Position numbers and translations under genes: made by a program. From Rickettsiales bacterium UBA1997 (lineage in GTDB: Bacteria > Pseudomonadota > Alphaproteobacteria > Rickettsiales > UBA1997): DNA of 64,000 nt. The stretch is taken from positions 254,943 to 318,942 of the forward strand of contig CAXNJM010000001.1 of assembly GCA_964202895.1 (NCBI GenBank), read 5' to 3'. This document shows positions 21,747 to 31,045 of the stretch, one piece after another. The notes beneath the pieces are model-generated. The model was not told the origin of the DNA and made no database searches. It saw only the letters and a program-made list of their open reading frames with translations. The stretch's first letter is position 1. The number at the start of each line of letters is the position of its first letter.

Positions 21747-22688
21747 ATGGCACTTAATCAACAGCAATTACTAGAAATAGAAGAGCTAACAAAACAAAAC
21801 AATCAAACTAAACGACCAGTTTCTTCGGAATTAGAAGAAATATTATATCAGCCATTTTATGCTTTGGATCACGGATTCATCAGGGTGATTGATTATATGG
21901 GCAACGATAATGCAATAGTACAATCAGCAAGGGTTTCTTACGGCTCAGGAACAAAAAAAATAAATGCCGATAAAAGCTTAATAAACTATCTGATGGCTCA
22001 TCGACACACAACACCATTTGAAATGTGCGAAATTAAATTTCATATAAAGTTACCAATCTTTATTGCTAGGCAATGGATAAGACATCGCACCGCCTCAGTA
22101 AATGAATATTCTGCTCGCTATTCAATTATGGAAGATGAATTTTACTTACCTCAACCACAAAATTTATCATCTCAATCAAAAATTAATCATCAAGGAAGAG
22201 ATGAAAACAAAGTTTTAAGCTATGAAGAACAAAAAAGAATATTAGAAATTTTGAAAAATGATGCCAATAATAACTATAAAAATTATCTTGAAATGATAAA
22301 TCAAGATCAAAATGGCAATGTTATCGATGAAAATAAAGAAGGTTTAGCTAGAGAATTAGCCAGAATGAATCTTACAATCAACTGCTATACTCAATGGTAC
22401 TGGAAAATAGATCTTCACAACCTCTTGCATTTCTTGCATCTTAGGGCGGATAAACATGCTCAATATGAAATTAGAATATATGCCGAAATAATGTTGGATA
22501 TAGTTAAAAAATGGGTTCCTCATTGCTTTGAAGCTTTTATTCGCAACCGTAAGAATGCTAAAGAATTTTCAGAGCCTGCACTAAATGCAATAAAAAAGAT
22601 GGTAAAAGGTGAAGATATAAAGCAAGAAAATAGTGATTTAAGCATTAGAGAATGGAATGAATTAAAAGAAATTTTAGAAATAAAATAA
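21747..22688 (+). CDS. thyX: FAD-dependent thymidylate synthase
   Basis: ARVSY, H.TPFE, RQWIRHR...NEYSARY and HAQYEIR motifs. Confidence 0.97.
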   Translation: MALNQQQLLEIEELTKQNNQTKRPVSSELEEILYQPFYALDHGFIRVIDYMGNDNAIVQSARVSYGSGTKKINADKSLINYLMAHRHTTPFEMCEIKFHIKLPIFIARQWIRHRTASVNEYSARYSIMEDEFYLPQPQNLSSQSKINHQGRDENKVLSYEEQKRILEILKNDANNNYKNYLEMINQDQNGNVIDENKEGLARELARMNLTINCYTQWYWKIDLHNLLHFLHLRADKHAQYEIRIYAEIMLDIVKKWVPHCFEAFIRNRKNAKEFSEPALNAIKKMVKGEDIKQENSDLSIREWNELKEILEIK

Positions 22689-23258
22689 ATGAACCAATTA
22701 ATTGATATAAAAAGTCAAAATCTTGACATTATATTTGATATAAGATATGCCAGTGCAAACAATGTTTGCAACATAAAGCTATATAACCAACCATTTTGTT
22801 ATCTACATCAAGATTGTTTTGAGAAATTAAAAATAGCCATTAAAATAGCACAAGAACTAGATTTAAAAATAAAAATATTTGACTCTTATCGTCCAGTCGA
22901 AGTTCAGCAATTTATGTATAATAAATTTATTGATAAAGAAGGGTTTATTTCTAACCCGCAAGGCGGTGTAATTCCTCATTGTCGAGGTGTTGCAATAGAC
23001 CTAACATTAACAGAAAATAATGAAAAAGAGTTGGAAATGGGTAGTGATTTTGACGAATTTTCAGATTTAGCCTTCCATAGTTGCGATAAAATTTCAAAAG
23101 AAGCAAGAAAAAATCGCTTAATTCTTCTTGGGATTATGACAAATGCTGGTTTTGATTTTTATCAACAAGAATGGTGGCATTATCAATTATTTAATTCTCG
23201 TCAATATCCAATCATTGAAGCAGATTCTAAAATGATACCAAATCTCAACTTTAAATAA
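22689..23258 (+). CDS. ddpX: D-Ala-D-Ala dipeptidase (M15D)
   Basis: DSYRP, H.RG.AIDLTL and EWWHY motifs. Confidence 0.9.
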   Translation: MNQLIDIKSQNLDIIFDIRYASANNVCNIKLYNQPFCYLHQDCFEKLKIAIKIAQELDLKIKIFDSYRPVEVQQFMYNKFIDKEGFISNPQGGVIPHCRGVAIDLTLTENNEKELEMGSDFDEFSDLAFHSCDKISKEARKNRLILLGIMTNAGFDFYQQEWWHYQLFNSRQYPIIEADSKMIPNLNFK

Positions 23259-23410
23259 AATTATAACAAAATAGGTTTTTACAATAAAAATCTTTAAAAA
23301 ATGAAGCTGTATATCCATATAGCTAAGTCTTTTTAGGGATTTTTAGCCAAAAATATGAAGTTAGAATTTTAATATTTTTCAAAACTTTAAAGATGGGATT
23401 TGGTATGAGT

Positions 23411-24370
23411 CTAGTCTAAAAGCTTTATCTTTAAAGAATCGTCTATAATTGGTAGCTCTTGATTTATTGCCTGCATTTCATTTAAATTTCCGTTGCAATG
23501 CAAGATAATATCGCAACCTGCTTGTAATGCCATTTTAGTTCTTTCCGAAAAACTGCCTTTAAGAGCCTTCATTGATAAATCGTCAGTCATTAAAATATTT
23601 TTAAAGCCAATTTGATTTCTAATTAAATCAATAGCAACTCTAGAAATTGTCGCACAATTAACTTTATCAATTGCAGTGTATAAAATATGAGCAGTCATGG
23701 CAAATTTTTGTTGTCTTAAAGCAACAAAAGGAGCAAAATCAATCTTTTGCAATTCCTCTAAACTAGCATTAACGATAGGAAGTTCATGATGACTATCTGA
23801 CATGCCTCTGCCATGCCCTGGAATATGTTTAATTACAGGATAAACATTTTTTGATAACAAAGCTTCGCAAACCTTTTGAGCTAAAGTAATAATTTGCAGA
23901 GGGTCTTCTCCAAGAGCTCTATCCCCAATTACTTGATGAGTAATATCGCAGGCCACATCAAGCAGTGGAGCGCAATTAACATTGATGCCCATGTCAACCA
24001 AATCATCAGCAATTTTTTGAAAATTAGAAAAAATTTCATTCATTGCTAAAGTTGGATTATTTTGATATAAATTTGCAAAATATGAACCGCTAGGATACTC
24101 AAACCAGTGCGGAGGTTGCATTCTGGAAACCCTTCCACCTTCTTGATCTATTAATATCAAAACCTCGCCTTCCATCAACTCCCTTAAATCGCTGGTAAGT
24201 TTTTTTAATTGTTGTGGACTATCAATATTTCTTGCAAATAAAATAAAGCCTAAAGCTCCGTTTTTACTAAAAAACATCCTTTCTTCTGCGGTAATAAATG
24301 TCGAAGAAATGCCATATATTACTGGCTTACAAGCCTTACGATTATTAGCGATTTCGTTTAAAATATTCAT
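23411..24370 (-). CDS. nagZ: Beta-N-acetylhexosaminidase (GH3)
   Basis: DQEGGRV.R, KHIPGHG...DSH and TDDLSM motifs. Confidence 0.95.
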   Translation of the reverse strand: MNILNEIANNRKACKPVIYGISSTFITAEERMFFSKNGALGFILFARNIDSPQQLKKLTSDLRELMEGEVLILIDQEGGRVSRMQPPHWFEYPSGSYFANLYQNNPTLAMNEIFSNFQKIADDLVDMGINVNCAPLLDVACDITHQVIGDRALGEDPLQIITLAQKVCEALLSKNVYPVIKHIPGHGRGMSDSHHELPIVNASLEELQKIDFAPFVALRQQKFAMTAHILYTAIDKVNCATISRVAIDLIRNQIGFKNILMTDDLSMKALKGSFSERTKMALQAGCDIILHCNGNLNEMQAINQELPIIDDSLKIKLLD

Positions 24371-25647
24371 AAATTATACGGTTTTAACATTTGATAAATA
24401 GCATCAACTAACTTTTTAAGCTCTGATTTTTTAATAATAAGAGGAGGCATTAAATAAATACAATTAGCAAAAGGCCTAAGAAAAACTCCTAACTCAATAG
24501 CTTTTTTCCTCATTGATAAAATTTCTAACCATGAAATTTCAACAAATTCTATAACTGCTATTAGGCCAAGAACCCTAACTTCTTTTATATTGTTATAATC
24601 TACTAAATTTTGTAAAGATTTTTTTAGAAATTTCTCATTTTCATTAATTTTCTTTTCATAATCAAAATTTTCAAACAAGTCAAGTGAGGCATTGGCGGCC
24701 GAGCAAGCCAAAGGATTGCCCATAAAAGTAGGGCCGTGCATCAAAGCTTTATTTAAACCAGTTTCAAGGCAATCGCTTTTAAAGCTATCAAAAACTTTTT
24801 TGGTGGTGAGAGTGGCGGCTAAAGGTAACATTCCTCCTGTTAATGCTTTACCAAGCACCATGATATCTGGCTTTATGTTGGTATGGCTAATTGCAAATTT
24901 TTTACCTGTGCGATAAAAACCTGTAGCACATTCATCAACAACTAATAAAATATTATTTTCACTAGCAATTGAAGCGATTTTTTCTAAAATTTGTGGATTG
25001 TGAAACTTCATTCCGCCAGCACATTGCACTAAAGGTTCAATAAATATTCCCGCTATTTCTTGATGTTTTTTAGCAATAAAATTTTCAAAATCTGCAATAT
25101 TATTCAAATTTGGCAAAGATAAATTGTAATTATCTATCAATAAGTCATCAAATTTACGATGCATTCCACTCGATAAATCGGCAAGAGACATTGCTCCAGT
25201 TGTATCGCCATGATAACTATTGGCAAACGATAAAAATTTCTTTTTTTCTTTTTGATTATTATTGATAAAAAACTGCCATGCCATCTTCATTGCAACTTCA
25301 ATTGCCGTAGAACCAGAATCGGAAAAAAATACATGGTCCATTTTAGCAAAATTGCACAACCTACTCGCTAGCTTGTAGGTTGTTTCCACCGCAAAGCCAG
25401 CAATTGCGATATGACTTAAATTATTAAGCTGTTTATTAATTGCTTGAATTAAATATTTATTTTGATAACCATGAGCAACGGACCACCAAGAAGCAACTCC
25501 ATCAATTAACACTCTGCCATCTTCTAAGAAAATTTTTGAACCTTTCGCTCGCTTAACTAAAAGCTGAGGAAGGTGGTTACTCATCTGGGTATAAGGCAAC
25601 CATAAATGATCTTGATTAATCTCGATAGAATCATTGTGATTTAGCAT
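24367..25647 (-). CDS. bioA: Adenosylmethionine-8-amino-7-oxononanoate aminotransferase
   Basis: W.PYTQM, SWW..HG, YHGDT, GKALTGG and HGPTFMGNP motifs. Confidence 0.96.
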   Translation of the reverse strand: MLNHNDSIEINQDHLWLPYTQMSNHLPQLLVKRAKGSKIFLEDGRVLIDGVASWWSVAHGYQNKYLIQAINKQLNNLSHIAIAGFAVETTYKLASRLCNFAKMDHVFFSDSGSTAIEVAMKMAWQFFINNNQKEKKKFLSFANSYHGDTTGAMSLADLSSGMHRKFDDLLIDNYNLSLPNLNNIADFENFIAKKHQEIAGIFIEPLVQCAGGMKFHNPQILEKIASIASENNILLVVDECATGFYRTGKKFAISHTNIKPDIMVLGKALTGGMLPLAATLTTKKVFDSFKSDCLETGLNKALMHGPTFMGNPLACSAANASLDLFENFDYEKKINENEKFLKKSLQNLVDYNNIKEVRVLGLIAVIEFVEISWLEILSMRKKAIELGVFLRPFANCIYLMPPLIIKKSELKKLVDAIYQMLKPYNL

Positions 25648-25656
25648 TATTTTTAA

Positions 25657-26361
25657 CTATATGTTCTTGGATTTTTCTTGACTAGCTTCTTGATTTTCAA
25701 CTTTTGTAGTATGTTTTGAATTGTTAGCTTCGCCAAGGCATTTTGCAGAAGTTGGAGTGGGTTGATTTTTAGGATTCACTTCTTCTTTTACCAAATCAAC
25801 TGCAGATTTAAATCCAGTAATTAATGATGGAGCAAGAGTTTCATCATAACCATTATTATTAACAGCTAAAACAATTTCATTAAGAGCTTTTATAATTGGG
25901 GTTGTAATTTTATCCGGATTAAAACTTCTTGAGTCCCCAATTACACCACCAGGTTGAATACCCAGCTTTTCGCAAGCAAGTGAAGCTAAAGCAAAGCCAA
26001 TTGGACCACCAAGAGCAGTTGAAGCAACCAGCACAAAAAAGAAATAGTCGCTTTTTTCTTTAACTGGAATTTCGGCAAGCTTTTTTAATTGATTTTCTTT
26101 TAAACCCTCCTTTTTCATATCTTCTAAGAAATTTTCTTTTTTTTTCTTCAATTCTTCTTCTGAATCATCTTTCTCTAGAGTCTTATTTTCAAATTGATTG
26201 CCAAAAACAACATCAGGAGAGCAATTATTTTTGCTACCAAAAATAACATCAGGACTCTGTGATTGATTGTTTTGAGAATCTAGCTTATTATCTTGATTTT
26301 GCTGAATAGTATTTATCGGCTGTTGCTTTCCAGTTAAAATTTGATTGTTGTTTTCTGCCAT
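25657..26361 (-). CDS. Hypothetical protein: Q/N-rich disordered ends, one hydrophobic hairpin-like segment
   Basis: 234-aa ORF co-oriented with its neighbours; duplicated SPDV(I/V)FG motif; FFFVLVASTALGGPIGFALASLA. Confidence 0.7.
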   Translation of the reverse strand: MAENNNQILTGKQQPINTIQQNQDNKLDSQNNQSQSPDVIFGSKNNCSPDVVFGNQFENKTLEKDDSEEELKKKKENFLEDMKKEGLKENQLKKLAEIPVKEKSDYFFFVLVASTALGGPIGFALASLACEKLGIQPGGVIGDSRSFNPDKITTPIIKALNEIVLAVNNNGYDETLAPSLITGFKSAVDLVKEEVNPKNQPTPTSAKCLGEANNSKHTTKVENQEASQEKSKNI

Positions 26362-26449
26362 TTGATTTTAAATAATTAGTTTGATAAATATTATTCTAAT
26401 AACTGTAAATTTTATTTTTAAGTAGTCAATATTAACAAATAATCTAATT

Positions 26450-28294
26450 TTAAATTAACGATTTAAAAGCTTCTATTGCTTGACTGATATTTTTTTCATT
26501 ATTGCCACCACCCATAGCAAAATCTGGTTTTCCACCGCCATTTTTGCCTCCAATAATTGTGATTATTGAATTTAATAAATTTATAGCATTATATTTATTC
26601 TGCAAATCAGAACTTAGGGCAATAATTACACTTACTTTATCTTCAAATACTGAAAACAATAGAAATAAAGTATTGTTTTTAAATTGCTCTTTTTTCTTGA
26701 ATTCATTAGCAATTTCTCGTAAATCTTTTGCTTCACAATTTTTAAAAATATTAATTACCAATTCTAGACCGAAAAAATTTACCGACTTAATATTATCAAT
26801 ATCGGAAAGAGTAATTTGCTTTTTTAAGTTGTTAATTTCCTTGTCTGAATTTTTAAGATCTTGTTGTAGACCATTAATTGTTTTTTCTAAATTAATTTGT
26901 TGATTTCGCAAATATTCAATAGCAAAATTTGCAGTTTTTGCTTCTATTCTACGAATTCCAGAAGCAACACTTTTTTCTGAAATTATTTTAAATAAACCAA
27001 TATCTCCGCTTGCACTCACATGAGTTCCTCCACATAATTCAATTGAAGAACCTATTTTAACCACCCTAACCTCTGCATCATATTTTTCACCAAATAATGC
27101 TTCAGCACCGCTATTTTTAGCATCTTCTATCTTCATTAATTTTGTATCAGCACTTTGATTAGCAATAATTTTTTTATTAACGATATCTTCAATAGTTAGA
27201 GCTTCCAACTCAGTAAGCGATCGATTAAAATTAAAATCAAATGTAAAGCTCTCAACATCGACATTTGAACCTTTTTGCATTATTGAATTACCTAAAACTT
27301 CTTTCAAAGTTTTGTGCAATAAATGAGTTGCGGAGTGATTCCTTGCTCTACTACCACGATTTTCTGCATTGATTTTTGTAATGATTTTTTGATTATTGGT
27401 TAATAATTTATTATCCAATGTTTTTGATTCTGGCTTTATTTTAATGTCAATAACATCAATAAAATGAACAATTAAGTCGTTTATTTTTTTCGCTTCAAAA
27501 ATCTTAAATTCATTACCTCTATCATCAAGCAACCAGCCATCATCGCCTTTTTGACCGCCAGAAGTGCCATAGAAAGGTGTTTTATCAAGAATTACAGCTA
27601 AATTTTTATAGTCTTGCTGTTGATGGTGCTCAAAAAATGGTATTGAGTCAATAATTTCATTATCAAGAATTATTGCTAAAATAACAGCTTCGCCTTGTTT
27701 TTGCTCATAACCAATAAATTTCGTCGCTCCGAACTCCTGTTTGATTTTAAAAAATATTTTATCAAGAGATTGCTCTCCGCTACCAACCCAATTTTCTTTT
27801 GCTTTTTGTTTTTGAGCCTGCATTTCAAAATCGAACTCTTCAAGATTAACTGTTAAAGCATGATCCTTAAGAATGTCTTGAGTTAAATCAAGCGGGAACC
27901 CAAATGTGTCATAAAGCTTGAAGGCTAAAGCACCGCTAAACTGATTGGATTTTTGATTTTTAATTTTTGACAACTCTTCGTTTAGTATTTTTAAGCCCCT
28001 ATCAAGAGTATCGCGGAATTTTTCTTCTTCATTTGATAAATTTTCAATAATATTTTCTCTTGCTTTTTTTAATTCAGGATAAACATCTTTAAATTCATTA
28101 ATTAAATCATCGACCAATTTGTGCATTATTGATTCTTTGGCATCAAGTTTATGAAGCTGTAGCATCGCCCTTCTCATTATTCTTCTTAAGACATATCCTC
28201 TACCCTCATTGCTTGGCAACACACCATCAGCAATTAAGAAGCAAGAGGAGCGAAGATGATCGGCAATAATTTTTAATTCTGGTTTAATTTTCAT
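26450..28294 (-). CDS. alaS: Alanine--tRNA ligase C-terminal chain (tRNA-recognition, editing and C-Ala domains); aminoacylation domain absent
   Basis: Starts at IIADHLRS..FLIADGVLPSNEGRGYVLRRIMRRA; FKLYDTFGFP, TPFY..SGGQ.GD, NHSATHLLH, ELCGGTH, GIRRIEA and GGGKPDFA.GG; no class II motifs 1-3. Confidence 0.92.
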   Translation of the reverse strand: MKIKPELKIIADHLRSSCFLIADGVLPSNEGRGYVLRRIMRRAMLQLHKLDAKESIMHKLVDDLINEFKDVYPELKKARENIIENLSNEEEKFRDTLDRGLKILNEELSKIKNQKSNQFSGALAFKLYDTFGFPLDLTQDILKDHALTVNLEEFDFEMQAQKQKAKENWVGSGEQSLDKIFFKIKQEFGATKFIGYEQKQGEAVILAIILDNEIIDSIPFFEHHQQQDYKNLAVILDKTPFYGTSGGQKGDDGWLLDDRGNEFKIFEAKKINDLIVHFIDVIDIKIKPESKTLDNKLLTNNQKIITKINAENRGSRARNHSATHLLHKTLKEVLGNSIMQKGSNVDVESFTFDFNFNRSLTELEALTIEDIVNKKIIANQSADTKLMKIEDAKNSGAEALFGEKYDAEVRVVKIGSSIELCGGTHVSASGDIGLFKIISEKSVASGIRRIEAKTANFAIEYLRNQQINLEKTINGLQQDLKNSDKEINNLKKQITLSDIDNIKSVNFFGLELVINIFKNCEAKDLREIANEFKKKEQFKNNTLFLLFSVFEDKVSVIIALSSDLQNKYNAINLLNSIITIIGGKNGGGKPDFAMGGGNNEKNISQAIEAFKSLI

Positions 28295-28320
28295 GATTAT
28301 TAATATTTTTAATATCTAAA

Positions 28321-29094
28321 CTAAAAGAATAATCCCGTAATAACATAATTCGATAATAATATTATTATCGAAGAGCAGACAACGGCATTAGTGGTTGCAA
28401 TTCCGACTCCCTCAGCACCGCCTTTAGAATTATAGCCAAAATAACAGCTTATTACTGCGATTATCAAACCAAAGACTCCCGCTTTTACAATCCCTAAAAC
28501 AACATCAATTTTTTCTAAAAATTTAAAACTATTGATAATGTAGTTTTCGGGAGAAAATCCTAAAACATAAACACTTACTAGATACCCACCCAAAACACCA
28601 ATGATATCTGCTATCAAAACTAAAATAGGCATCGTAATAACGCAAGCCCATACTCTTGGTGCAACAAGATATTTAAAAGGGTTTGTTGATAAGGTTTTTA
28701 AGGCATCAATCTGCTCAGTTACTTTCATTGTGCCAATTTCGGCAGCAATTGAGGCCCCTACCCTGCCTGCAACCATTAATCCAGCTAAAACAGGGCCCAA
28801 TTCACGAGTAATAGAGAGAACAACAACGGTAGCAATTGTGCTTTCTGCATTAAAACGAGAAAAACCAGAATAACTTTGTAAAGCCAAAACCGCCCCCGAA
28901 AATATTGCTGTTAAACCTACAACTGGCAATGAATAATAACCGATTTGTAAAAATTTTTTTAGAATCATTTTAAAATAAAATGGAGCAACAAAGCAGTTTT
29001 TAATACTACTGCCCGCAAATATTGCAATTGAACCAATTTGACCAAGGTTAAACAACGAAAATTTACCTAACATCTCAATTAATTTAATAATCAT
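28321..29094 (-). CDS. mlaE: MlaE family lipid ABC transporter permease
   Basis: RELGPVL.GL.VAGRVG..IAAEIGTMKVTEQIDAL and GAEGVG.ATT motifs. Confidence 0.95.
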   Translation of the reverse strand: MIIKLIEMLGKFSLFNLGQIGSIAIFAGSSIKNCFVAPFYFKMILKKFLQIGYYSLPVVGLTAIFSGAVLALQSYSGFSRFNAESTIATVVVLSITRELGPVLAGLMVAGRVGASIAAEIGTMKVTEQIDALKTLSTNPFKYLVAPRVWACVITMPILVLIADIIGVLGGYLVSVYVLGFSPENYIINSFKFLEKIDVVLGIVKAGVFGLIIAVISCYFGYNSKGGAEGVGIATTNAVVCSSIIILLSNYVITGLFF

Positions 29095-29128
29095 TTTTAA
29101 AGTTTATTTAGATATAAAATTATAAATT

Positions 29129-29158
29129 AAGGCTTTTTAGTTTTAATTAAAAAGCCTT
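29129..29158. terminator. Perfect 11-bp inverted repeat downstream of tRNA-Glu; possible terminator
   Basis: AAGGCTTTTTA-gttttaat-TAAAAAGCCTT. Confidence 0.45.
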
Positions 29159-29369
29159 GGGGGAAATAAATCAACATTAACTTAAAATTTAAAAGCCTAG
29201 AAGTCAATTCTAAATTTAATTTCTTGCAACTTGTTCAACACTTAACTTCTTAGAGCTGACATTGATGTTGCTAATTTGATTATAAGGTAAGTATCTCCAT
29301 TAGATTTTTTATCATCAAAAGTTGACTGATTATATTGTTGATGTTTGCTTGAGTTAGCATGGTGATTAA

Positions 29370-29444
29370 TGGTGACCCCTACGGAATTCGAATCCGTATC
29401 GCCACCGTGAAAGGGTGGCGTCCTAACCGTTAGACGAAGGGGCC
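29370..29444 (-). tRNA. tRNA-Glu(TTC)
   Basis: Reverse complement GGCCCCTTCGTCTAACGGTTAGGACGCCACCCTTTCACGGTGGCGATACGGATTCGAATTCCGTAGGGGTCACCA: cloverleaf, anticodon TTC, encoded CCA. Confidence 0.97.
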
Positions 29445-29587
29445 TAAAAATATAATGAAATATTATTTATAAAATATACTTAAAAAAGATTGCAACAATC
29501 TAAATTATGTATTTTAATATTGCAACAATTTTTTTAAAAAAGTTAATTTTTAATAAAATCAACAAAATCAAGACCTCTCGCAATTAA

Positions 29588-31009
29588 ATGATTATTAATA
29601 AATATTTTTCTCCCAAAAAAAGAACCTATCCTCAATCAGTTAAAGGAAGGTTTCGTAAATTAAAATGGATTCTGAATGGCGTTTTTATGCTAATCTACTT
29701 TGCAACTCCTTTAATTAGATTTAATCGTGGCGAAGGGCTTCCCAATCAAGGAATTTTAATTGATATGACTGCCGGAAAAATATATTATTTTATAATAGAA
29801 ATATGGCCAAAAGAAACTTATTACTTAGCATCAATTCTTGTAATTAGTGCTTTAATGCTGTTTTTCGTTACTTCCTTATTTGGAAGAATATGGTGCGGAT
29901 ATGCCTGTTTTCAAACAGTGTGGACAGATATATTTATCGCAATAGAAAAAATATTTCAAGGAGAAAGAAATGAAAGAATTATTCTCGATAGAAAAAAATC
30001 TTTAGAAAAATTTTTCAAGAAATTTTTAACTCATTTCAGTTGGATAGTTGTTTCTCTAGTTACAGGATTCGGTTTTGTGAGTTATTTTAATGATATCTAT
30101 TGGTTATTTGATAATTTATTTAAAGCCCCAATTAATTATAATATTTGGGGATGGATTATCGGCATTGCATCAGCAACTTATATAATGGCAGGATTCGCTA
30201 GAGAACATGTTTGTATTTATATGTGTCCTTATGCAAAATTTCAATCAGCGATGTTTGATAAAGATACCTTAATAATAACCTACGATAAAAACAGAGGAGA
30301 GCCAAGAGAAAAAGGCAATAAGAATCTAGATTTTAGTAATCGTGGGCATTGCATTGACTGCAAACAATGTGTAGTGGTTTGCCCCCAAGATATTGATATC
30401 AGAAACGGTCTACAAATGGAATGCATAGCTTGCGGATTATGTATAGATGCTTGCGACAATGTAATGGAAAAAGTTGGATTGCCAAAAGGGTTAATTCGTT
30501 ATGACACAGAAAACAATCTTGAAAATAAAAATTCTAAAAATAGTTTTAAAATTTTTCGAGCCAGAACCTATTACTACTTAATTATTTTAATCACCGTAAC
30601 TGGAATCACACTATTCTCATTAATCAATAAAAGCAATCTAGAAATAGATATAATTAGCGATAGAAACCCTGTAACAGTAAAGTTAAGCAATGGCTCAACT
30701 AGAAACGGCTATTTATTAAAAATCTTTAACAAAACCCATGAAAACAAAAAATTTATACTAACCTTAAATGCAAGTGAAGGAATTGAAATTAAGAAATCTG
30801 ATGATGCTAATTATAATTTTATCGATAAAAACAATATTGAATTGATAACAGCGAAGAGCTCGCAATCTTCGTTTCGTTTATTTATAGTTGCATCTGAAGA
30901 ATTTTGTAAACAACACAGTCAACAAAATTATTTGAACTTATTTTTTACCATTAAAGATGCTGAAAATAATGAAACCCAAAACTTTGAAGCTATATTTGTT
31001 ATAAAATAA
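29588..31009 (+). CDS. ccoG: Cytochrome c oxidase accessory ferredoxin-like protein CcoG/FixG
   Basis: GR.WCGYAC.QTVWT, C.YMCPY, CIDC..CV.VCP and ECIACGLCIDAC motifs. Confidence 0.94.
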   Translation: MIINKYFSPKKRTYPQSVKGRFRKLKWILNGVFMLIYFATPLIRFNRGEGLPNQGILIDMTAGKIYYFIIEIWPKETYYLASILVISALMLFFVTSLFGRIWCGYACFQTVWTDIFIAIEKIFQGERNERIILDRKKSLEKFFKKFLTHFSWIVVSLVTGFGFVSYFNDIYWLFDNLFKAPINYNIWGWIIGIASATYIMAGFAREHVCIYMCPYAKFQSAMFDKDTLIITYDKNRGEPREKGNKNLDFSNRGHCIDCKQCVVVCPQDIDIRNGLQMECIACGLCIDACDNVMEKVGLPKGLIRYDTENNLENKNSKNSFKIFRARTYYYLIILITVTGITLFSLINKSNLEIDIISDRNPVTVKLSNGSTRNGYLLKIFNKTHENKKFILTLNASEGIEIKKSDDANYNFIDKNNIELITAKSSQSSFRLFIVASEEFCKQHSQQNYLNLFFTIKDAENNETQNFEAIFVIK

Positions 31010-31045
31010 ATTTCTAAATATTCTTATTAAGTTTATAAATGATAT

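Noticed and set aside
29160-29369. Possible integrated element or att site downstream of tRNA-Glu
   Set aside because: No integrase and no duplicated tRNA 3' end beyond a 7-bp ATGGTGA match; only short uninformative frames.
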